A stretch of DNA of 64,000 bases from the NCBI GenBank assembly GCA_036556665.1, contig DATBIX010000023.1:21434-85433 (forward strand). Direction: 5' to 3'. The notes beneath the pieces were generated by a model. That model had not been told where the DNA came from. It was given only the letters and a program-made list of their open reading frames with translations, and searched no databases. Position numbers and translations under genes: made by a program. Source of the stretch: Acidimicrobiia bacterium. Lineage in GTDB: Bacteria > Actinomycetota > Acidimicrobiia > Spongiisociales > ZC4RG35. This document shows, piece by piece, positions 57,436-64,000 of this stretch; the first letter of the stretch is position 1; each line of letters starts with the position of its first letter.

Positions 57436-58722
57436 TTGGGTGGGGACCCTGAGGGGGAAGACCTGACCGACCGCGAAGCATCCGAGACTGCCCACGGACC
57501 AACCAGCACGGTGAATGAGTGGCGTGGCCTCGGAGATCTCGTGGCGCTGGCCGTCGATCGCGTGACCGACCCGGTCGAGGGCATGCATCGGGTGATCCTC
57601 GACCGGTCTCTGCGATGGACCGGGTCGGTCGGCGCCCCTGTCCGCCAGGCATCAGACGTCTTCATTGCGAGCATCTACCGCCTAATACGTGCCACCGGGC
57701 CTGCGGTGGGCGCAGCGGTTGGGTTGGGGGTGCGCAAGGCCGTTGGCGGAGGCCAGATCGGCATGTTCTCGAGGCATCCCAAGGGGAGCAGAGCCCAAGC
57801 GATCATCAACGCGGTGTGGGGGGACGAGTTACAGCGGCGCGGTAACGACCTGCGAGTCGAGATGGGATTGCGAAGCCCCGAAGGAGAGGTGATTCAGCTC
57901 CTGCCCGCGGGTCTGCGGGCGGCCTTTCCCGTTCCAACGTCCAGACTGGTGGTGCTGGTACACGGGCTGGGCCAGACGGAACGGTGTTGGCAGAGCACGG
58001 GAGCGAGCGGCCCCGACAGCCTGTGGAGACAGCTGACCAGCCACGAGTCGGCAACACCTCTCGTCGTTCGCTACAACACGGGCAGACACGTCCGGGAGAA
58101 CGGCGATGAGCTGGCCCTACTGCTCGATGGGCTGTGGCGGAGTTGGCCGACTCCGATCGAGAGCATTGCCCTGGTTGGGTACTCGATGGGCGGTCTCGTG
58201 GTTCGCAGCGCCTGCCATGCAGGTCAAGTGGCAGGGCACGGCTGGGTCGATGTGGTGGACAGAGTCGTCACCCTGGCCGCCCCGCACCTCGGTGTGCCGC
58301 TGGAGAAGGCGGCGAACCTGGTCACCTGGGGTTTGCGCATCGCACCTCATAGCCGGCCACTGGTCGGCCTCTTCGACAGTCGAAGCGCCGGCATCAAGGA
58401 TCTCCGCTTTGGTGCGGTGGCCGAAGGCGAGCGGCTCGGCTCGGGACAGGATGCCTCGTTGCAGGACAGAGTCGTGGATCTGCCCCCGCTGGATACGGCC
58501 GAGCACCACTTCGTCGCCACCGTCGTCACCTCGAACCCCGCTCATCCGGTCGGGAAGCTCCTGGGGGACCTGATGGTCCGCACCGGGAGTGGCACCGGTC
58601 GGGGGTGGCGGCGCCACATCGAGCCGGCAGATGTCCGTGTCCTTGGTGGTCGAAGACACTTCGACCTGTTGCATGATCCTCGAGTCATCGACCAGGTGCT
58701 TGCCTGGGTGAGCGATGCGTGA
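57436..58722 (+). CDS. alpha/beta-hydrolase fold protein (putative esterase/lipase)
   Basis: Nucleophile elbow 'GYSMGGLV' and a late 'HFDLLHDP' histidine motif. Confidence 0.5.
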   Translation: MGGDPEGEDLTDREASETAHGPTSTVNEWRGLGDLVALAVDRVTDPVEGMHRVILDRSLRWTGSVGAPVRQASDVFIASIYRLIRATGPAVGAAVGLGVRKAVGGGQIGMFSRHPKGSRAQAIINAVWGDELQRRGNDLRVEMGLRSPEGEVIQLLPAGLRAAFPVPTSRLVVLVHGLGQTERCWQSTGASGPDSLWRQLTSHESATPLVVRYNTGRHVRENGDELALLLDGLWRSWPTPIESIALVGYSMGGLVVRSACHAGQVAGHGWVDVVDRVVTLAAPHLGVPLEKAANLVTWGLRIAPHSRPLVGLFDSRSAGIKDLRFGAVAEGERLGSGQDASLQDRVVDLPPLDTAEHHFVATVVTSNPAHPVGKLLGDLMVRTGSGTGRGWRRHIEPADVRVLGGRRHFDLLHDPRVIDQVLAWVSDA

Positions 58723-58850
58723 ATCGCTCCGCGGTGGGCTTCGGAGCCGGCGCCACGGCCGGCACGTCACCGATGTGAAGACAGGGTGGATCCTTGGCCG
58801 CCGGCTGTCGCTTCGGTACTTTGGTGCGATCCGGCTGGAAGGAAGATGGG

Positions 58851-59267
58851 ATGATCTTCGACTTCTTCGGCGACCTGAACTGGCTTGCCATCGTCGTGGC
58901 AACGGTTGCCTGGTTTGCGTTCAGCGCCATCTGGTACTCCGTGCCGCCCCTCAGTGGGGCATGGCAGCGGGCCGCCAAGGTGGAGATGACGGGCGATGGC
59001 CCCCCGCTCGCCCTGCTGTTCATCCCGACATTGATCGGGTACTTCGTGACGACGGTGGTGATCGCCCTGATCGCCAAGGGCATCGGCGCCACCGAGGTCA
59101 TGGACGGGGTTTGGCTCGGGGTGGCCCTCGGTGTCGGCTTCGGGGCGGTGGGGGCGCTGGTCAACCAGGTCTACGAGCGCAAGGGCAGCAGCTACTGGTT
59201 GATCAACGGGATCAACGCCATAATCGCCTACTCGATCGTGGCAGTGATCGTCACTCTGTGGGACTGA
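58851..59267 (+). CDS. DUF1761-like small membrane protein
   Basis: Four TM helices in 138 aa. Convergent with the JAMM gene, 17-nt overlap. Confidence 0.45.
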   Translation: MIFDFFGDLNWLAIVVATVAWFAFSAIWYSVPPLSGAWQRAAKVEMTGDGPPLALLFIPTLIGYFVTTVVIALIAKGIGATEVMDGVWLGVALGVGFGAVGALVNQVYERKGSSYWLINGINAIIAYSIVAVIVTLWD

Positions 59268-59664
59268 CCCCCCAGTCCAACCTCAGCTCCTCGACCTTCC
59301 CGTCGACGATCCGAAAGCCCCGGATCGAGTCGTTCCACGCGACCAGATAACACCAGGTCGGGTCGAGGGCGGAGGAGACATCGACCGGAGACGGCACTCC
59401 GGGACCGCGTGGATGCGAGTGGAACACGCCACTGATCTCCCAGCCGAGCGATTCAGCATGTCTCGTGGCGTGGAAATGCTCCACGGGCTCGACGGTGTAG
59501 GAAACGGGGGAAGGATCGGCGTTGGTGAGGGGATAGGCGAAGCGAACCCTGCCGTCGCCGTCCGAGGCGAGCAGACCGCAGCATTCGTCGGGGGCACAGT
59601 TGGCGGCGTGGGCCAAGATGGCCTGTCTGATCTGGTCAGCCAGCAGTAGAGAGGCGTTCGGCAT
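59251..59664 (-). CDS. JAMM/MPN+ metalloprotease (Mec+/QbsD-like)
   Basis: 'PDECCGLL' glutamate and 'FHSHPRGPGVPSPVD' give the full JAMM motif (E…HxH-x7-S-x2-D). Confidence 0.7.
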   Translation of the reverse strand: MPNASLLLADQIRQAILAHAANCAPDECCGLLASDGDGRVRFAYPLTNADPSPVSYTVEPVEHFHATRHAESLGWEISGVFHSHPRGPGVPSPVDVSSALDPTWCYLVAWNDSIRGFRIVDGKVEELRLDWGVSPTE

Positions 59665-60817
59665 TGCCGGCAGGTCGGCAGAACTGGTCGTAATCGACCA
59701 ATAACGGGGGCCGGTCCGGGTCCCCGCAGGCCGGGCATCCCGGGTCGCGCCGCAGGTTGACGGTGCTGAACTCTTGCTCCAGGGCGTCGTAGATCAACAG
59801 TCTGCCGGTGAGCGTCTCACCGATCCCGAGGAGGACCTTGATCGCCTCCATCGCCTCGATCGACCCGATGATCCCGGGAAGGACCCCGAGCACCCCGGCC
59901 TCGGCACATGAGGGAGACAGCTCCGGTGGGGGCGGTTGCGGGAACAGACAGCGGTAGCACGGGCCCTGGTAGGGATGGAACACGGAGACCTGGCCGTCGA
60001 AGCGGAAGATGGAACCGTGCACGACCGGAACGGTGAGATGGAGCGAAGCGTCATTGACCAGGTACCTGGTGGGGAAGTTGTCGCCCCCGTCGACCACGAC
60101 GTTGTACCCGGCCATGATCTTCATGGCGTTGTCGGCGACGAGCCGCTCGTTGTGGGTCACCACCTTGACGTCCGGGTTGAGGGCCGAAATGGTCTCCCGC
60201 GCCGAGTCCGTCTTGGCCATGCCCACCCGATCCAGGTTGTGCAGCACCTGGCGCTGCAGATTGGTGGCGTCCACCGTGTCGTAGTCGACGATCCCGATCG
60301 TGCCCACTCCGGCTGCCGCCAGATAGAGGGCGGCGGGCGATCCCAGACCGCCGGCACCGATGAGCAGGACCCGAGAGTCGAGCAGGACCGTCTGGCCGCG
60401 CTCGCCGACTTCGGGGAGGAGGATGTGGCGCGAGTACCTGTCTCGTTGGTCGGCGGTCAGCCCCTCACCGGTCCGCCAGGGCCGGCCCTCGGCCTTCCAC
60501 CTGTCGAAGCCGCCGGCGAGGGAGGCCACGTTGACATAACCCATCTCACGGAGGCTCAGGGCCGCAAGGGCGGAGCGGCCGCCCCCGGCGCAGTAGAGGA
60601 CGATCGGCCGACCGGGATCCGGCACCACGCCGGCGATGTCGCGCTCCAGCAGGCCCCTCGGAAGCAGTCTCGCCCCCGGGATCGCCCCATGGGCGTGCTC
60701 TCCGACCTCCCTGACATCGATCACCTCGTACTCGGTGAGTCGGGTCTCCAGCTGCTCGGGCAGCATCTCCTCGATCTGGCTCAGGGCCTGCTCGACGAGG
60801 TCGCGATAGGAGGCCAT
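59636..60817 (-). CDS. rhodanese–ThiF/MoeB E1-like adenylyltransferase/sulfurtransferase fusion, with the rhodanese domain N-terminal
   Basis: N-terminal rhodanese with active-site 'YCAGGGRS'. ThiF core 'LLIGAGGLGSPAALYLAAAGVGTIGIVDYD' with CxxC…CxxC ('CYRC', 'CPAC'). TGATG coupling to aceE. 28-nt overlap with the JAMM gene. Confidence 0.75.
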   Translation of the reverse strand: MASYRDLVEQALSQIEEMLPEQLETRLTEYEVIDVREVGEHAHGAIPGARLLPRGLLERDIAGVVPDPGRPIVLYCAGGGRSALAALSLREMGYVNVASLAGGFDRWKAEGRPWRTGEGLTADQRDRYSRHILLPEVGERGQTVLLDSRVLLIGAGGLGSPAALYLAAAGVGTIGIVDYDTVDATNLQRQVLHNLDRVGMAKTDSARETISALNPDVKVVTHNERLVADNAMKIMAGYNVVVDGGDNFPTRYLVNDASLHLTVPVVHGSIFRFDGQVSVFHPYQGPCYRCLFPQPPPPELSPSCAEAGVLGVLPGIIGSIEAMEAIKVLLGIGETLTGRLLIYDALEQEFSTVNLRRDPGCPACGDPDRPPLLVDYDQFCRPAGNAERLSTAG

Positions 60818-63537
60818 CAGTGGGCGTGGGCCGGGTCGGGCGCGTCGGGGTCGATCTCGTAACGGTCCAGCGCATCCTTGACCAGGCCCGCCGGGACCAA
60901 CTCGCGCCCGGCGAGGCTGGACAAGGTGGCGACGACGATGTGCCCGGCGTCGACCTCGAAGAAGCGACGGAGCGCGGGACGGTTGTCGGATCGGCCGAAG
61001 CCGTCGGTGCCCAGGATCACGAACGGGGCTGGGACCCATCTCGAGACCTGATCCGGGACGAGCTTCATGTAGTCGGTGACGGCGATGATGGATTCACCGG
61101 CTCCGGTCAGGGTCCTGGTCACGTGAGGTGTGCGAGGAGTCTCGGTCGGGTGGAGCAGATTCCAACGATCCACCGCCAGGGCCTCCTGGCGGAGCTTCTT
61201 GTACGAAGTCGCCGACCAGAGGTCGGCCCCGACGTCGTAGTACTCGGCCAGGTCCTGAGCGGCCTGCCGGGCCGCCAGGTTGGCCGTACCGGAGAAGAGG
61301 ATGGCGACCTGGGGCCCTCCCGTCTCCGGGCGGTCGGCCCATTTGTAGATGCCGTCGACGATTCCCTGCTCGACACCTACGGGTCGCGCCGGTTGCGGGT
61401 AGTTCTCGTTGTAGAGGGTCAGGTAGTAGAAGATGTCCTCGGGGTCGTCGCCATACATCCTTCGCAGGCCGTCCTCGACGATGGTGCCCACCTCGTAGGC
61501 AAAGGCGGGGTCATAAGCCTCGCAGCAGGGCACGCTCGTGGCGAGGACGTGACTGTGCCCGTCCTGGTGCTGGAGCCCCTCTCCCTCCAGCGTCGTGCGG
61601 CCGGCAGTGGCTCCGAGGAGGAACCCCCGTGCCCGGGCGTCGGCGGCCGACCAGATCAGATCGCCCACCCGCTGAAAGCCGAACATCGAGTAGAAGATGA
61701 AGAAGGGGACCATCGGCACACCCCTGTTGGCGTATGAGGTGCCTGCTGCGATCCAGGAAGCCAGCGAGCCTGCTTCGGTGATCCCCTCCTCGAGGATCTG
61801 TCCGTCCTGGCTCTCGGAGTAGGAGAGAATCATGGCGGCGTCCACCGGCTCGTAGAGCTGGCCCTTGGAGGCGTAGATCTTCAGCTCACGGAAGAGCGAA
61901 TCCATGCCGAAGGTGCGGGCCTCGTCGGGGACGATCGGGACCACGTGCCGCCCGAAGGTCTCCGCCCGTGCCAGACCTCGGACCAGACGGGTGAAGGCGG
62001 TCGTGGTGGACGCTTCGACCTTCCCGGATCCGGCATAGACCTCGGCGAAGGTCTCAGGAGGGGGCAGGGTCAGCTTGTCGGGCCGGACCAACCGGGTGGG
62101 AAGGAATCCGCCGAGCTCCCTGCGTCGGTCGTGGAGGTATTCATACTCGGGGGTCCCAGGGCCGGGGCGAAAGTAAGGAGGCACCTTGTCGCCTTCGAGC
62201 GCTTCAGCCGGGATCTCGTTCTCGAGATGGAGTCTCTCTCTGAGCCCCATCAGCTGCTGGTTGGTCAACTGTTTGATCTGGTGGGTGGCATTGCGTCCCT
62301 CGACGTCTGGGCCGAGGGTCCAACCCTTGATGGTCTTGGCCAGGATGACGGTGGGCTTGCCGTTGTCCAGCTCCGTGGCCACCTTGTACGCCCCGTACAC
62401 CTTCCTGAAGTCGAGCCCTCCCCGACGCAGCGCCCAGATCTCGTCGTCACTCATGTCGGCGACCATCTCCTTGGTGCGCGGGTCCTTGCCGAAGAAGTGC
62501 TCGCGCACGTAGGCGCCGTTCTCGGCCTTGTACCGCTGGTACTCCCCGTCGACAGTGGTGTTCATCACATTGATCAAGGCGCCCTCGTGGTCCTTGGCCA
62601 GCAGCGCGTCCCATCCCGAGCCCCAGATCACCTTGATGACGTTCCAACCGGCGCCACGGAACACCGACTCGAGCTCGGTGATGATCTGCCCGTTGCCCCG
62701 CACCGGCCCATCGAGACGCTGGAGGTTGCAGTTGACCACCCAGATGAGGTTGTCCAGGCCCTCCCTGGCTGCGAGCGAGATGGAGCCCAGCGTCTCCGGC
62801 TCGTCGACCTCGCCATCTCCGATGAAGCACCACGTGCGCGAGTTGGTGGTGTCGGCCAGCCCGCGGTTGGTCATGTATTTGTCGAACCGAGCCAGGTAGA
62901 TCGAGTTGATCGGGCCCAGACCCATCGACACGGTGGGAAACTCCCAGAACTCGGGCATGAGACGCGGGTGCGGGTATGAGGAGAGACCGTGCCCTCCGAT
63001 CTCGAAGCGGAAGTTGTCGAGTTGCTCCTCATCGATCCTGCCTTCGAGAAAGGCGCGGGCGTAGATGCCCGGGGCGGCGTGGCCCTGGAAGAAGACGTGG
63101 TCGCCCCTGCCCGGAGCGTCCTTTCCCCGGAAGAAGTGGTTGAAGCCGACCTCGTACAGCCCGGCCGAAGAAGCGAAGGTGGAGAGATGGCCCCCGATCC
63201 CCTTGGAACGGTGGTTGGCCTTGATGACCATCACCGCCGCGTTCCAGCGGATGAACCTGCGTATGCGACGCTCGATGTCCGCGTCGCCCGGGAACTCCGG
63301 CTCGTCCTCGGGCGGGATGGTGTTGATGTAAGGGGTCGTGATGGCGCCGGCGATCCCCACATTGCTCTCGTGGGCCCGTTCCAGGAGCTTGGCCACCAGG
63401 TACTTGGCGCGATCGGCGCCTTGGTCGGACACGACCGCGTCGAGGGACTCCAGCCACTCCTGGGTCTCGACCGGATCCGAGTCCGCCATCTGGTGGACGT
63501 ACTCATCGCCCAGGGTCCGACTCAGGTCGCCTGACAT
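60817..63537 (-). CDS. aceE: pyruvate dehydrogenase E1 component (homodimeric type)
   Basis: 'FFQGHAAPGIYARAFLEGRIDEEQLDNFR' and overall collinearity with E. coli AceE. Start taken at MSGDLSRTLG. Confidence 0.85.
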   Translation of the reverse strand: MSGDLSRTLGDEYVHQMADSDPVETQEWLESLDAVVSDQGADRAKYLVAKLLERAHESNVGIAGAITTPYINTIPPEDEPEFPGDADIERRIRRFIRWNAAVMVIKANHRSKGIGGHLSTFASSAGLYEVGFNHFFRGKDAPGRGDHVFFQGHAAPGIYARAFLEGRIDEEQLDNFRFEIGGHGLSSYPHPRLMPEFWEFPTVSMGLGPINSIYLARFDKYMTNRGLADTTNSRTWCFIGDGEVDEPETLGSISLAAREGLDNLIWVVNCNLQRLDGPVRGNGQIITELESVFRGAGWNVIKVIWGSGWDALLAKDHEGALINVMNTTVDGEYQRYKAENGAYVREHFFGKDPRTKEMVADMSDDEIWALRRGGLDFRKVYGAYKVATELDNGKPTVILAKTIKGWTLGPDVEGRNATHQIKQLTNQQLMGLRERLHLENEIPAEALEGDKVPPYFRPGPGTPEYEYLHDRRRELGGFLPTRLVRPDKLTLPPPETFAEVYAGSGKVEASTTTAFTRLVRGLARAETFGRHVVPIVPDEARTFGMDSLFRELKIYASKGQLYEPVDAAMILSYSESQDGQILEEGITEAGSLASWIAAGTSYANRGVPMVPFFIFYSMFGFQRVGDLIWSAADARARGFLLGATAGRTTLEGEGLQHQDGHSHVLATSVPCCEAYDPAFAYEVGTIVEDGLRRMYGDDPEDIFYYLTLYNENYPQPARPVGVEQGIVDGIYKWADRPETGGPQVAILFSGTANLAARQAAQDLAEYYDVGADLWSATSYKKLRQEALAVDRWNLLHPTETPRTPHVTRTLTGAGESIIAVTDYMKLVPDQVSRWVPAPFVILGTDGFGRSDNRPALRRFFEVDAGHIVVATLSSLAGRELVPAGLVKDALDRYEIDPDAPDPAHAH

Positions 63538-63583
63538 GGGACAAAGCCTAGTTAGCGCCCCGGTTTGCCCATCCCGGGTGGGA

Positions 63584-64000
63584 TCAGACGCCGACCGCCC
63601 GGCTCTCGACCCCGGCCAGCCATGATGTGACCACCTCGAGGAACCGGAGCGGGGCATCCATCTGCGGGGTGTGGCCCGTGTCGTCCATTTGCACCAGGTC
63701 CCAGTCGGCCCGGGTCGCGCACATCCACTCCACCGCGGTGGGGGAGACGATGTGATCCGAACTGCCCTGGACCACCAGAGTCGGCGCCTCGATCCGCCGG
63801 ATCATCTCGACGAAGAAGTTGGGCCTGGCGTAGTGCCGGGCGATCGAGGTGGCCGTGCGCGCCGTGGCGTATTGCGCCCAGGGCAGGTGCTTGCGGATGG
63901 CCGCCATGTCGCGCGAGGCCTCGATCACCTCCATCGGCACCCGCCCCGGCTTGTGGGTCACCATCTCGAGGGTCTTTCGGGTCAACTGCTCCGGCGTGTT
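63584..64000 (-). CDS. alpha/beta hydrolase (C-terminal part; gene continues beyond window end)
   Basis: ORF is open to the window edge. 'LVVQGSSDHIV' and 'DDTGHTPQMD' are typical of the Asp/His region of alpha/beta hydrolases. Confidence 0.45.
   Translation of the reverse strand, partial: NTPEQLTRKTLEMVTHKPGRVPMEVIEASRDMAAIRKHLPWAQYATARTATSIARHYARPNFFVEMIRRIEAPTLVVQGSSDHIVSPTAVEWMCATRADWDLVQMDDTGHTPQMDAPLRFLEVVTSWLAGVESRAVGV

Noticed and set aside
59251-61039. Small ubiquitin-like (ThiS/MoaD/CysO) ORF near the E1-like/JAMM genes
   Set aside because: None of the short ORFs in or around this interval end in Gly-Gly or show a beta-grasp-like pattern. The 59283..59738 and 60157..60357 ORFs are antisense or alternative-frame artefacts.
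1-64000. Mobile elements, CRISPR arrays, rRNA/tRNA genes
   Set aside because: No direct-repeat/spacer periodicity, no transposase/integrase-like ORFs, no AT-rich islands, and no tRNA-like cloverleaf candidates were seen by eye. A tRNAscan / CRISPR finder run would be needed to be certain.

Overview
High-GC (about 70%) chromosomal segment, apparently from an Actinomycetota-type bacterium, with about 60 tightly packed genes (many 4-nt or ATGA/TGATG start/stop overlaps). I found no rRNA or tRNA genes, no CRISPR array, and no transposase or integrase, so this reads as core chromosome rather than a mobile island.

Content from start to end:
- MFS transporter and a GT81-like glycosyltransferase.
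- A four-gene herA–sbcD(mre11)–sbcC(rad50)–nurA-like DNA-end-resection cluster.
- A convergent ECF sigma/anti-sigma pair.
- Housekeeping genes gpsA, ychF, a Kef-type antiporter fused to Usp domains, and a glycine riboswitch in front of gcvP.
- Menaquinone genes menC, menD and menF, with murI and manC nearby.
- A family-5 peptide/nickel ABC transporter carrying an extra, recently duplicated permease and a second divergent substrate-binding protein.
- A beta-oxidation block (acyl-CoA synthetases, an alpha-methylacyl-CoA racemase-like family III CoA-transferase, an acyl-CoA dehydrogenase, and a split MFE-2 pair: a D-specific SDR dehydrogenase plus a MaoC hydratase).
- Assorted single genes (L,D-transpeptidase, 2-hydroxyacid dehydrogenase, thiamine pyrophosphokinase, ATP-grasp enzyme, Nfu, pirin, Mug, MogA).
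- A copper cluster (CoxG-like, cupredoxin, NosD-like beta-helix protein, Tat-exported two-domain multicopper oxidase).
- An aceE gene translationally coupled to a rhodanese–ThiF E1-like fusion and a JAMM protease.

The most unusual systems are the bacterial HerA–Mre11–Rad50–NurA cluster (with a non-canonical HerA P-loop), the aceE–E1–JAMM operon that has no ubiquitin-like gene in the window, and the copper cluster. All calls rest on reading the supplied translations and raw sequence. No database search was run.
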